This document shows positions 1-9,995 of a stretch of DNA of 64,000 bases, one piece after another. The position numbers were made by a program, and so were the translations under genes. The stretch lies in NCBI GenBank assembly GCA_910585875.1, contig CAJUIK010000003.1:2212-66211 (forward strand), in the 5' to 3' direction. Position 1 is the stretch's first letter; every line of letters begins with the position of its first letter. The notes under the pieces are model-generated. The model saw only the letters and a list, made by a program, of their open reading frames with translations. It did not search any database and was not told where the DNA came from. This stretch comes from an uncultured Eubacteriales bacterium. GTDB taxonomy: Bacteria > Bacillota > Clostridia > Oscillospirales > Butyricicoccaceae.

Positions 1-51
1 CCCGAATTGGCGTATCATTACAACAAAAACCGCTTTTCTGGTTTGCGGCTC

Positions 52-513
52 TCAGCCGCGGCGTTCTTTCATTGTGCGGTCTATTTCCCGCTGGGCGTCT
101 CTTTTGGCGATGCTTTCCCGCTTGTCGTGGAGCTTTTTGCCCTTGCACAACCCCACGGACAGCTTGACGTGAGAGCGCTTAAGGTAGACCGAAAGGGGGA
201 TCAGGGTATAGCCGTCTTTTTTCATCAGCCCATAGAGGCGCAGGATTTCCCGCTTGTGCATCAGCAGACGGCGGGGGCGCATGGGGTCTTTGTTGAAGAT
301 ATTGCCCTGCTCATAGGGGCTGACGTGCATCCCCAACACAAAAAGCTCGCCGTCTTTGACGCTGCAATAGCTGTCTTTCAAGTTGACCCGCCCGGCCCGG
401 ATGGATTTGACCTCCGTACCGGCCAGGGAAATACCGGCCTCATAGGTTTCTTCTACAAAATAGTCGTGCCGCGCTTTTTTGTTCTGCGCCAGCAGTTTGG
501 TTCCGTCGGCCAT
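52..513 (-). CDS. smpB: SsrA-binding protein SmpB
   Basis: [51 protein letters not shown] motifs; AAGGAGG RBS upstream of ATG at 513. Confidence 0.97.
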   Translation of the reverse strand: MADGTKLLAQNKKARHDYFVEETYEAGISLAGTEVKSIRAGRVNLKDSYCSVKDGELFVLGMHVSPYEQGNIFNKDPMRPRRLLMHKREILRLYGLMKKDGYTLIPLSVYLKRSHVKLSVGLCKGKKLHDKRESIAKRDAQREIDRTMKERRG

Positions 514-615
514 GGAAACGCGGCCTCCTTTTTGACGAAGTTCAATGGGCCCAATCCCCATCTACCGCATAGTATACCACGGCGGCGGCCCGATGTAAAG
601 TTACCTCTTTGTTAC

Positions 616-655
616 AAAATCCCCCGGATTTCGGGACGAGCCTAAATCCGGGGGA
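616..655 (-). terminator. Intrinsic terminator downstream of the helicase gene
   Basis: TCCCCCGGATTT...AAATCCGGGGGA inverted repeat followed by T-rich tract on the minus strand. Confidence 0.6.
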
Positions 656-697
656 GGGGAGTAACGCTTGAGCTGGCCAGCAGGAAGATCCAATCGG

Positions 698-3600
698 TTA
701 AAAGAAGCTGAGCTGGCGGCTTTGGGAGCGGGCGTTGGCTTGCCGGCCCTCCCGCAGCTGGGCGGGGATTTCATCCAGGAACGGGGAGGGCTGGCCGGAT
801 GTCAGCAGGATCAGCCGCTCCTTGGCGCGGGTCATGCCCACATAGAGCAGCCGCCGCTCTTCTTCTTCATCCGCTAGGCCGCCGGCGGTTTCCAGAGGCA
901 GCGTGCCTCGGGTCAAGCCGCATAAAAACACGACGGGAAATTCCAGCCCCTTGGCGCCGTGAAGGGTGGAGAGGCGCAGAGCGCCGGCCGGATACCGGCG
1001 CCGGGCGGCCCGCAGCAGATCCCCTTCCTGGCCCAAGGCCAGCTGATCCAGCAGCTGGGGCATGGTTTTGTGGAACAGGGCCGTCTGGCAAAACCGCTTC
1101 CAGTCCTCCTCTTGTTCCAGGTTCAGGGCGGCGGCCAGCCGGGCCAGCAGCTTTTCCGGTTTCTCCTTTTCCACGGAGCCTTGCAGCTCTTCAGCCAGCT
1201 GGAAGAAGAGGGCCAACTCCGGCAGAGCGCCGTATTCCTGCCGGGCTGTTTGCCAGAAATCCGGCAGACCGGCCAGAGCGGCCAGGCTCTGGGCCAGGTC
1301 CGGCGGGCAGTGGAACAGCTGGGTCAGGCCGGCGTATAGGCCGGGCCCGTTTCGGCTGTCCAGCAAAAACCGGAAAAAACCCGCCGCGCCCCGAGGGCCT
1401 TCCCCGGCCAAACAGTCGTCCCGTCCCGCTGCGATATAGGGAACGCCTTCCTTTTCCAGGCAGTATTCCAGCAGCCGGGTTTCCCGATGGGTGCGGCACA
1501 AAACGGCCATTTCGGAGAAGCTGTAAGCCCGCTCCTCTTTGCCCCAGCGGGCGGCGGTCAGCATATCCACGCCGCCGGCCAGCCGGGCTGCTTCCTTGGC
1601 TGTGAAAATCCCTTGGGCCAAGGGGCTTTCAGCCTGGACAAGCTGGACGGCGGCGCCCTGGGCCGATTGGGGCCGCAGCAGCCGCGCCGGCCCGGGGTTA
1701 TGGTCGATCAGCGCCAGAGCGCAGCGAAGGATTTGGGGAGAGGAGCGGTAGTTTTCCTCTAAGCGCAAGGTTTCCAGCCCCGGCCGGTCTTGGGCCAGCC
1801 GCTGGAAGCAGCGGGCGTCGCCGCCTCGGAACCCGTAAATGGCCTGATCCGGGTCTCCGATGACGAAAAGGCTCTGGCTTTCCTTGGCCCAGGCCAGAGT
1901 CAGCTGGTATTGCAAAGGGCTGCTGTCTTGGAATTCGTCTACCAGCAGATGGGTAAACCGCCGGGCCTGGCGTTTGTCCATCTGCCGGGCCTGGTCCAGC
2001 CCGCGCAGCAGGACGTCGTCGAAGTCCATGGCGCCGGCCTGTTCCAAGGCCTTTTGATAGGCGGCGCAGGCTGTCTCCAACGCCGGGTCCAGCCCGGAGG
2101 CGCCGTTTTTTCGGCGGGAAACCTGGTCCAGCAGCCGCCGAGGCGGCAGGGAGAGATCCAGCTCCTTCAGCGTCTGAGCCGCCAGGTCCAGGGCTTGATA
2201 TTCGTCCAGGAGGACAGGACCATCCGGAGGCGCCAGATCCAGGCACAGGCTGTGGAACGTGCCGACGCTTATGGCCCGGGCCGCCCGTTTGCCCGCTTTT
2301 TGTTCCAGCCGCTGGCGCAGCTGGTCCGCGGCTTGGTTGGTAAAGGTGACGGCGGCGATCTGTCCCGGCTTGGCGCCTTGATCCAGCAGATGGAGGACAC
2401 GAGCCGTCAGGGTATGGGTTTTTCCCGTTCCCGGCCCGGCGATCACGGCCAGCTCCGGGTTGGAGCTGCAAACCGCCGCCTGTTGGGAGGGATTGAGCCC
2501 GGCGGGCGCCTGTTCCAGCTGATCTTCTTTGGCCGGAGAGGAAGCCGGCGCTTTTTTGCGGGCCGGCGCTTTTTGAGAAGCCGCCGCCGGGGCGGCGCCG
2601 AACCAGCTGACTTGGCCGCCGAAGGATTGGCGTTCCTCCGGCGTCAGCAGCTCCAATTTGCCGTACACGCCGTCATAACCCGGGGTCCAGCGGGCCTGGC
2701 CAGCCCGAAGCCGGCGCAGCCCTTCTTCCACCCATTGGCCCGCCGCCTGTCCCACGTCGGCCAGGGGCGCTTGACGCAGGATGTAAAACTCCGGCCCCAG
2801 CTGGCGCAGCAGCTGCCGGTATACTCGGTCTGTTCGGGCGCTGGACGGGCCTAGGCCGGCGGAAGCGGCGATGACTTCGGGCAGAGGGGCCAGCCGCTCG
2901 AAGGGGGCGGCGTCCGGGGGTTGAAAGCCGGCCATCCGGTCGGCCAGTTGGAGCGTCCGGTGCTCCACGCCCACCGTCAGTTTTTTGCCGCAGACCGGGC
3001 AGAGGCCGCCCAGAGCTTCGGCCTGCTCGGGGGAAAGGCCGGGCCCGCAGCCCCGGCAGCCGTCCCAGTGGTATTTGCCCTCTTCGGGGAAAAATTCTAC
3101 CGTGCCCCGCCAGCCGGCTTGCTTGCCCTGGCAAACGGCCTGGGCCAGGGCGGAGTAGGAATAGGGGATTTCCAGCAAATTGGCCTCCCGGCCCAGCTTG
3201 GCCGGGGAATGGGCGTCGGAATTGGACATGAGGGTCAGGCCGTCCAAGGCGGAAATCCGCCAGTTCATGGGCGGGTCAGAGGAAAGGCCGGTTTCCAGCG
3301 CCCGGATTTGGGGCGTCAGATCCTCGAAGCACTCCTGGATGGAGTCAAAGCCGGAAAACGCGCCGAACAGGGAAAAGTGGGGCGTCCAGATATGGGCGGG
3401 GATGAAAAGCGCCTCTGGACAGCTCTCCAGGGTGAGTTCCAGCAGGTCTCGGCAGTCCAATCCCAGGATGGGTCGGCCATCGGACCGGAGGTTGCCCACA
3501 GCCTCCAGACGGCGGGAAAGGGCCTCCGCCGCCTCCAGGCCGGGCAGCAGAATCAGGCTGTGGAGCTTGCGGGTTTTGCCGGCCTTTTTATAGATTGTGC

Positions 3601-3865
3601 TGATTTCCCCTGTGACCACAAAGCGGGGAGGCGTCCCTCCTTCTTCTGGCGCCAGCCGCAGGGAAGGGCGCAGGGTATAAAGGCCCTCTTCGGCGGGCTC
3701 CAGCTTTTCTTCCAGCTCTCGGCGCCAGCCCGGGTGGGTGAAATCCCCGGTCCCTACCAGATGAATTCCTTTGCGACGGGCCCAGAGATCCAGATGTTCC
3801 GGGTCCCCCTCCCGGCTGGTGGCCCGGGAAAACCGGGAATGAATGTGCAAATCTGCAATCAGCAT
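698..3865 (-). CDS. PHP/endonuclease Q-like domain fused to UvrD/REP/PcrA-family SF1A helicase
   Basis: N-terminal DLHIHS, GTGDFTHP, PAHIWTP, SNSDAHS and CxxC..CxxC; C-terminal AGPGTGKT, VDEFQD, GDPDQAIYGFRG, EENYRS, HGAKGLEF, ERRLLYVGMTRA; GGAGGTG RBS. Confidence 0.9.
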   Translation of the reverse strand: MLIADLHIHSRFSRATSREGDPEHLDLWARRKGIHLVGTGDFTHPGWRRELEEKLEPAEEGLYTLRPSLRLAPEEGGTPPRFVVTGEISTIYKKAGKTRKLHSLILLPGLEAAEALSRRLEAVGNLRSDGRPILGLDCRDLLELTLESCPEALFIPAHIWTPHFSLFGAFSGFDSIQECFEDLTPQIRALETGLSSDPPMNWRISALDGLTLMSNSDAHSPAKLGREANLLEIPYSYSALAQAVCQGKQAGWRGTVEFFPEEGKYHWDGCRGCGPGLSPEQAEALGGLCPVCGKKLTVGVEHRTLQLADRMAGFQPPDAAPFERLAPLPEVIAASAGLGPSSARTDRVYRQLLRQLGPEFYILRQAPLADVGQAAGQWVEEGLRRLRAGQARWTPGYDGVYGKLELLTPEERQSFGGQVSWFGAAPAAASQKAPARKKAPASSPAKEDQLEQAPAGLNPSQQAAVCSSNPELAVIAGPGTGKTHTLTARVLHLLDQGAKPGQIAAVTFTNQAADQLRQRLEQKAGKRAARAISVGTFHSLCLDLAPPDGPVLLDEYQALDLAAQTLKELDLSLPPRRLLDQVSRRKNGASGLDPALETACAAYQKALEQAGAMDFDDVLLRGLDQARQMDKRQARRFTHLLVDEFQDSSPLQYQLTLAWAKESQSLFVIGDPDQAIYGFRGGDARCFQRLAQDRPGLETLRLEENYRSSPQILRCALALIDHNPGPARLLRPQSAQGAAVQLVQAESPLAQGIFTAKEAARLAGGVDMLTAARWGKEERAYSFSEMAVLCRTHRETRLLEYCLEKEGVPYIAAGRDDCLAGEGPRGAAGFFRFLLDSRNGPGLYAGLTQLFHCPPDLAQSLAALAGLPDFWQTARQEYGALPELALFFQLAEELQGSVEKEKPEKLLARLAAALNLEQEEDWKRFCQTALFHKTMPQLLDQLALGQEGDLLRAARRRYPAGALRLSTLHGAKGLEFPVVFLCGLTRGTLPLETAGGLADEEEERRLLYVGMTRAKERLILLTSGQPSPFLDEIPAQLREGRQANARSQSRQLSFF

Positions 3866-4052
3866 CGCGGCACCTCCTTCTTTGGGTTTCGATGATTATA
3901 TTGTCTTGCTTTGTCGCAACCCCAGTATAATATAAATTCCTCGGAAGGAAAACAAAAAACGCCAAAAAACTTCAAAACTCCCAGGTTTTTTTGCCTGTTT
4001 TGCCCGTTGGAGAGGCGGCCGAAAAAATCATCCAAAAAAGTTAAAATCCCTC

Positions 4053-4081
4053 TTGCTTTTTTCTCAAAGCCGTGGTATGAT
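4053..4081 (+). promoter_or_regulatory. sigma-A promoter of tRNA-Arg
   Basis: TTGCTT-17bp-TATGAT with extended TGn, 40 bp upstream of the tRNA. Confidence 0.7.
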
Positions 4082-4120
4082 AATCAAGCAGCATGGAAAC
4101 AGGTCAAAATAGTTCAATAT

Positions 4121-4197
4121 GCGCCCGTAGCTCAGCTGGATAGAGTGTCTGACTACGAATCAGAAGGTCACAGGTTCGAATCCTGTCGGGCGTGCCA
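4121..4197 (+). tRNA. tRNA-Arg(ACG)
   Basis: GCGCCCG acceptor stem, TAGCTCAGCTGGATAGAG D arm, TCTGA-CTACGAA-TCAGA anticodon arm, GGTTCGAATCC T arm, encoded CCA. Confidence 0.97.
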
Positions 4198-4556
4198 AGT
4201 CAAACACCGGAAGTCTTCATAAAAAGGCTTTCGGTGTTTCTATTTTTTCTTGTTCTTCCGGTTTCAGATTGACGCGCCCAATGGGTTCGTCCATAGGGGC
4301 GCGCGGATTACGATATAGGATCAAAACGCGAGGCCGGTATGTTTTGAGAGCGTTATATTGGAAAGGCAGCAGATCGCGCCGGCCTGAACCCGGGGGCCGA
4401 GCTGTTTCAGGCTGAGAAAAACCCCTTCTCGCCCCGGAGCGGTTGACGCAAAATTGTAAGGGATGATATAATAATATTGAGAGACTTTGCGGCGCCGGGT
4501 CTTTGGGCGGCCGTCGCGGGGCGTATCAATCCAGACCGGCGGAGATGGAAAATAAA

Positions 4557-7106
4557 ATGGAAAAGAAACTGGGCAAGCAGAGGAAAAACAAAGGGGTTCC
4601 TTTGTTGATCCTGATTATAGCGTTCTTTTGCATCCTGGGGGTTGTGGTGCTTCTTGCGTCTCATCAAATATCCCGGGAGATGTCTGATTCGGCGGTACAG
4701 AACCTCAGCGAGAGCCTGGATTTGATTCAGTGTACCATCGAAGCGATTTTGCGCAAAGAAGCGGAATTCCAAAAGCTGATCGCCAAGGAAACAGCTTTGG
4801 CGGCGGATCCGGAAGCATATATCCGCTCTTACGAGAAAAACGACACAATGGTGAAGCTGTCCCTGATTTTGAGCGGAGAAGAAAGCGGGGTTTCCAACAA
4901 CGGGGAAGCCTTCACGGCGGAGGGCCTGGATTTTTCCGTAGAGCGGACGGTGGACGGCCTGCCTATCTCTCAATCCTATGTTAATTATATGGGCGCCTGG
5001 GCCTACTCCATGAAATGCCCTGTAGTCCGAGGCGGCGAAACCATTGGAGACCTTTATGTGGAATACACCTACGATTCCCTGGACCGCTCTCTGCCCGACG
5101 GCTTTTATAACAAGCAGGCCGCGCTCTATATCATGGACGCCAAGACCCAGCGGTTTGTGCTCAAACCCAAGGGCATGGGCAAACGCAGCGCCGGCCATCT
5201 GAACCTGGAGGATTTTTACCGGGCCAACAGCATCGAAGACCAGGAGCTGCGGGGCGAGGTGGAAATCGCTCTGTCAAACGGGCAGAATATTCTCTTTTAT
5301 CATGACATCCGCAATGTGAAAGCGCTGAATTATATGTGGGCTGTCAACGACGGCGCGGCGTTCCTGGTGGGCTACGTGCCGCTGGACGCCATCCAGCAAG
5401 AGGGGCGGACAGTCAATAAAAATATTTTCATCGTGGTGTTCGTCATGCTGACTGCCTTTTTGTTGTGTTGCTTGCTGTATTATTTCAACCAGAAGCAGCA
5501 GAACAAAATCCGGCGGGAGCGGGAAGAGGAGCGGGAGATCCACAACAAGCAGCTTTCCGAGGCGCTGCAGGCGGCCCGCGTGGCAAACAACTCCAAAACC
5601 ACCTTCCTCTCCAATATGTCCCATGATATCCGCACGCCGATGAACGCGGTGCTGGGCTTTGCCAACCTGCTGGCCAAAGAGGCGGAAAACCCGGCCAAAG
5701 TCAAAGAATACACCAAAAAAATCACGGCGTCGGGCCAGCATCTGCTCAGCCTGATCAACGATATCCTGGACGTCTCTAAAATTGAGAGCGGCAAGGTCGT
5801 GCTGAATTTTGAACCGTTCACCTTGAACGACCTGGTTTCCTCGGTGGACGCCATCATCCAGCCCATGGCCAAAGCCAAAAAGCAGAATTTTCACGTCTCT
5901 GTGACAGGCGTTCGCCATGAGGAACTGATCGGGGACGAAACCCGGATGAACCAGATTTTGATCAACCTGCTTTCCAACGCGGTGAAATATACCCAGGAGG
6001 GCGGCGATATCTGGTTCCGCATCATCGGCCTCAAGCCCCGGTCCAGCCAATATGAGCATATCCGCATCGAGGTGGAGGACAACGGCTACGGCATGACGCC
6101 GGAATACCTGGAAACCATTTTCGACGCCTTTACCCGGGCGGAAAACAGCACCACCAACAAAGTGCAGGGCACGGGCTTGGGCATGGCCATCACCAAAAAT
6201 ATCGTGGAGCTGATGGGCGGCGCCATCGAAGTGACCAGCCAGGTGGACAAAGGAAGCCTGTTCCGGGTGGAACTGGAGTGCCGCGTTGCGGAAGGCCAGC
6301 AGGACCGGCAATTTTGGCTGCAAAACGGCATAGAGCGGCTTTTGGCCGTCGCCGGCGAACAAACACGGCAGAGCGTTCAGGAGCTGATGGAGAACGCCGG
6401 ATTCCCGGCGGACGCGGCCGCCGACGCGGACCAGGGCCTTGCTATGATGAAAAATCAGCCCTATCAGCTGGTTTTGCTGGATTGGGATCTGCCGGGCGCA
6501 GACGCCTTTCAGGCGGCGCTGAAGGCCGCTTTGCCGGGAAATGGGCTGCTCGTGCTGCTGGTTTCTGACGAAGGGGAGGACGCGCAGGCGCGGCTGCCCG
6601 AAGGAGCCGCCGCGCTGACTAAGCCCTTCTTCGCCTCCTCCCTCAAGGAAAAAGTCGCGGAGCTGCGGCAAGGGCCCGACGGCGGGAAGAACCGGGAGGA
6701 AGAGGCCGACAGCCTGGAGGGACTGCGGTTCTTAGCCGCAGAGGACAACGAGATCAACGCGGAAATCCTGGCGGAAGTGCTGGAGCTCGAGGGCGCCTCC
6801 TGCGAGATTATGAGCAATGGCAAGCTGGCTCTGGAGCGCTTTTGCCAAGCGCCGCCGGGCAGTTTCGACGCTATTTTGATGGACGTGCAGATGCCGGTGA
6901 TGAACGGCTATGACGCTGTGCGGGCCATCCGGGCCCTGCCCCGGCCGGACGCCGCCCAGATCCCCATCATCGCCATGACGGCCAACGCTTTTGCGGAAGA
7001 CGAGAGGGCGGCGCTGGAAGCCGGTATGAACGCCCATGTGGCCAAACCGCTGGACGTGGATCTGCTGAAAAAAGTGATCAGAGAGTATACGGGAGGATTG
7101 GACTAA
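4557..7106 (+). CDS. Membrane-bound hybrid sensor histidine kinase/response regulator
   Basis: Two TM segments around an extracellular domain; FLSNMSHDIRTPMN H-box, NLLSNAVKYT, DNGYGM, GTGLGM; receiver AEDNEIN..LMDVQMP..AKP plus a second, diverged receiver (LLDWDLP). Start could be 4545. Confidence 0.93.
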   Translation: MEKKLGKQRKNKGVPLLILIIAFFCILGVVVLLASHQISREMSDSAVQNLSESLDLIQCTIEAILRKEAEFQKLIAKETALAADPEAYIRSYEKNDTMVKLSLILSGEESGVSNNGEAFTAEGLDFSVERTVDGLPISQSYVNYMGAWAYSMKCPVVRGGETIGDLYVEYTYDSLDRSLPDGFYNKQAALYIMDAKTQRFVLKPKGMGKRSAGHLNLEDFYRANSIEDQELRGEVEIALSNGQNILFYHDIRNVKALNYMWAVNDGAAFLVGYVPLDAIQQEGRTVNKNIFIVVFVMLTAFLLCCLLYYFNQKQQNKIRREREEEREIHNKQLSEALQAARVANNSKTTFLSNMSHDIRTPMNAVLGFANLLAKEAENPAKVKEYTKKITASGQHLLSLINDILDVSKIESGKVVLNFEPFTLNDLVSSVDAIIQPMAKAKKQNFHVSVTGVRHEELIGDETRMNQILINLLSNAVKYTQEGGDIWFRIIGLKPRSSQYEHIRIEVEDNGYGMTPEYLETIFDAFTRAENSTTNKVQGTGLGMAITKNIVELMGGAIEVTSQVDKGSLFRVELECRVAEGQQDRQFWLQNGIERLLAVAGEQTRQSVQELMENAGFPADAAADADQGLAMMKNQPYQLVLLDWDLPGADAFQAALKAALPGNGLLVLLVSDEGEDAQARLPEGAAALTKPFFASSLKEKVAELRQGPDGGKNREEEADSLEGLRFLAAEDNEINAEILAEVLELEGASCEIMSNGKLALERFCQAPPGSFDAILMDVQMPVMNGYDAVRAIRALPRPDAAQIPIIAMTANAFAEDERAALEAGMNAHVAKPLDVDLLKKVIREYTGGLD

Positions 7107-7109
7107 AAT

Positions 7110-8432
7110 ATGAGAAATCAGGACCAAACGACCAAAAGGAAGCGTCTGGCCGCTTTGGGATTGGCCGCCGCCATGCTTCTGGGCCTCTCGGCCTGCGAGA
7201 AGCAGCGGGATTCCGATGTGAATCTGCTGCCCAAGGAGGATAAGGAAAAGCCCGCCGTCAACCTGTTCAGCCCCATGGAAAAAACCGAACCCGATACCGA
7301 GAACGCCGCCCGAAACGCCGCGGATACGACGATTATCATGGCCGAGGAAAAGCTGGGCGTGTCGGTGGCGTATAAGACCTATACTGCGGAAAATTACAAG
7401 GATAAGACCTATGACGACGTAGCGCTGGAGCGGGCCCGCAGCAACCTGGACGATATCTATCTGCTCAATCCGGATACCATCGCGATTCTGAGCGAAGAGG
7501 GGAAGCTGGCGGATCTATCCGGCCTGGAATGCGCTCAGAACCTGCGGGACGTGGTGAAGGCGGCCAACCTGGTGGACGGCAAGCTGGTAGCCGTCCCCCA
7601 GGAGGTGGTGGCTTACGGCCTGTTTGTCAACAAAGACCTGTTTGACCGATATAAGCTGAAGCTGCCCGAAACGCCGGAGGAATTTCTGGAATGCTGCCGG
7701 GTATTCAAGGAAAACGGAATTGAAACGCCAGTGGGCGCCAACCGCTGGTGGCTGGAAACCTTTGTGCTGGCCCAGGCTTATGCAGATTTGTACAACGGCG
7801 GCAATACCGAAGCGGAGATAGAAGCTTTGAACCGGGGAGAGGCCAAATACAGCGATTATATGCGCCCCGGCTTTGAATTTTTGCAGGAATTGATGGACGA
7901 AGGGTATATCGACGCAGAAAAAGCCCTGGTCAGCGAGGCCATTGAAGGGGAGCGGCAAGATTTTCTGGATCAGAAAACCCCCATCGTCATAGCCTATTGG
8001 GGGGCGGCCAACACAGAAAGCGCCTATGGGAACCCAGGGTTTCATATGCAGGCCGTCGGCTTCCCCAGCAGCCGGGGCCAAATGCCGGTGATGTCCATAA
8101 CGGGCTTCGCCGTAGGAGTCGATGCGGAGCATAAGGAAAACGCTTTGGCGGTTTTGGACGAAATTCTTTCTGACGAGGCGCTCCAGGCTTACGCAGAGAT
8201 CAATCGGGTGATTTCCCCCTCCAAGAATGTGTCGGTGGAGTGCGTCCCCGCTCTGAAACCGCTGAACGACCGGATTGAAGAAAATATCTTTGTGCTGGGC
8301 GCCAACGCCGGCATGAAGCTGGAACAATGGGGAAATACCTGCCAGGTGGTTCGCCGGCTGCTGGGCGGCGCCACTGTAGACGAGTGTATGGCGGAATTCG
8401 ACCGCCTGCAAGAGGAGACGCTGAAACAATAG
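7110..8432 (+). CDS. Extracellular solute-binding lipoprotein (carbohydrate ABC family 1-like)
   Basis: Lipobox LSAC; GLFVNKDLFDRYKLKLPETPEEF and GKLVAVP motifs; starts 3 bp after the kinase stop. Confidence 0.85.
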   Translation: MRNQDQTTKRKRLAALGLAAAMLLGLSACEKQRDSDVNLLPKEDKEKPAVNLFSPMEKTEPDTENAARNAADTTIIMAEEKLGVSVAYKTYTAENYKDKTYDDVALERARSNLDDIYLLNPDTIAILSEEGKLADLSGLECAQNLRDVVKAANLVDGKLVAVPQEVVAYGLFVNKDLFDRYKLKLPETPEEFLECCRVFKENGIETPVGANRWWLETFVLAQAYADLYNGGNTEAEIEALNRGEAKYSDYMRPGFEFLQELMDEGYIDAEKALVSEAIEGERQDFLDQKTPIVIAYWGAANTESAYGNPGFHMQAVGFPSSRGQMPVMSITGFAVGVDAEHKENALAVLDEILSDEALQAYAEINRVISPSKNVSVECVPALKPLNDRIEENIFVLGANAGMKLEQWGNTCQVVRRLLGGATVDECMAEFDRLQEETLKQ

Positions 8433-8459
8433 CCGCAGCCGCGTCGGATACTGAACGAG

Positions 8460-8493
8460 AAAGGCCCTGGAGGGATTACCTCCAGGGCCTTTG
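8460..8493. terminator. Bidirectional intrinsic terminator
   Basis: AAAGGCCCTGGAGG-GATTA-CCTCCAGGGCCTTT between convergent genes. Confidence 0.8.
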
Positions 8494-8519
8494 GTTAGTA
8501 AGAGGAGGCCAGCGACGGC

Positions 8520-9947
8520 TTATTCCTCGGGGTTGGTTTGGGGTTCCGCCTGTCTGGCAGCCGGGATCGCGGCGGTTTCCGCCTGCTCCGGCCCCTGCTT
8601 GTTTTCGCCTAAGAAGGAAGGCAGGTTCATGCCGGCCATGTCGAACAGCTCGTTCATGGGCGGGATGCTTTTCATCAAGCCGGATACAAAGCCGGCGGTG
8701 GCCGTCTTGCCGTCCTGCTGATTGCCGCCGTCCCACACGGTGACTTTGTCGATCTTGATGTTTTTTACAGCTTCCACCTGGATGCGGATCAGCTCTTCCA
8801 TCTTGTCGGCCAGCATCAGGCGCAGGGCGTCGCTGGCGTCGCCGCCGGCGGCCTGGACGATCTGCTGCAAGCCCTCGGCCTGTTTGGTCAGCATGGCCTG
8901 CATACCGGTGGCTTCCGCCTGCATTTTAGACAAAATGGCGTCGGCTTCGCCGCGGGCTTTGCGGCGGATTTGCTCGGCTTCCGCCTCGGCCTCCAGCTCC
9001 AGCTTGCGCTTTTCGATTTCGGTTTTGACAATGATATCCGCCTCTTGCGTGGCTTTTTCACGGGCGTAACGGGCTTGCTCGGCCATCTTCTCGGCGGCGT
9101 AGGCTTCTTCCAGCGCCTTGGCGGCTTGGATTTTTTCGGCGGCGGTGGCGATTTTCAGAGCCTCCGCCTCCTTTTCCCGGCGGGCGGCGTTGGACATGGC
9201 CACTTCCATTTTGGCGGCGTTTTCGCCCTGGATGGCCTCGGAATCCGCCTGAGCCACCTGAACCCGCTGATCCCTGTGGGCGTTGGCTTCGCCTATGGAG
9301 CCGTCTCTGTCTTTTTCGGCCACGCTCTTTTTGGCGTCGTTGATGGCCTTGGCCGCGGCCTCTTTGCCCAGGGCGGAGATATAGCCGCTTTCGTCGCTGA
9401 TGTCGGTGACGTTGACGTTGATCAGCCGCAGGCCGATTTTTTTCAGTTCGCCCTCCACATTGCGGGAAACGGCCTCCAGGAATTTATCCCGGTCGGTGTT
9501 GATTTCCTCGATGTCCATGGTGGCGATGACCAGGCGCAGCTGGCCGAAGATGATGTCTTTGGCAAGCTCCTGGATTTCCTGGAGTTTCAGGCCCAGCAGG
9601 CGCTCGGCGGCGTTCTGCATGACGCCGGGTTCTGTGGAGATGCCTACGGTGAACCGGGAGGGCACGTTGATGCGGATATTCTGACGGGACAGAGCGTTTT
9701 CCAGATCCACCGAGATGGACAGCGGCGTCAGATCCAGAAATTCCCGAGCCTGGACCACCGGCCACACAAAGGCCGCGCCGCCGTGGATGCACTTGGAACT
9801 GCGGGCGCTGCCGTCTTTATTGCTGCCCACCTTACCATAGATGACCATTACTTTGTCCGAAGGGCACTTTTTGTACCGGGACAACAGCAGCGTCACTGTG
9901 GAAAATAGCAGCAAGACGACGACGCATACAAGGATAATCGTTTCCAT
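8520..9947 (-). CDS. Flotillin/SPFH-domain membrane protein
   Basis: N-terminal TM, SPFH region (GGAAFVWPVVQ, GQLRLVIATMDIEEINTDRDKF), AEA-rich coiled coil, IDKVTVWD. Confidence 0.92.
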   Translation of the reverse strand: METIILVCVVVLLLFSTVTLLLSRYKKCPSDKVMVIYGKVGSNKDGSARSSKCIHGGAAFVWPVVQAREFLDLTPLSISVDLENALSRQNIRINVPSRFTVGISTEPGVMQNAAERLLGLKLQEIQELAKDIIFGQLRLVIATMDIEEINTDRDKFLEAVSRNVEGELKKIGLRLINVNVTDISDESGYISALGKEAAAKAINDAKKSVAEKDRDGSIGEANAHRDQRVQVAQADSEAIQGENAAKMEVAMSNAARREKEAEALKIATAAEKIQAAKALEEAYAAEKMAEQARYAREKATQEADIIVKTEIEKRKLELEAEAEAEQIRRKARGEADAILSKMQAEATGMQAMLTKQAEGLQQIVQAAGGDASDALRLMLADKMEELIRIQVEAVKNIKIDKVTVWDGGNQQDGKTATAGFVSGLMKSIPPMNELFDMAGMNLPSFLGENKQGPEQAETAAIPAARQAEPQTNPEE

Positions 9948-9995
9948 TTGTTCATACCTCTCTTTTCTATTTCTTTAGGGTTGAGGCGGCCGGCC

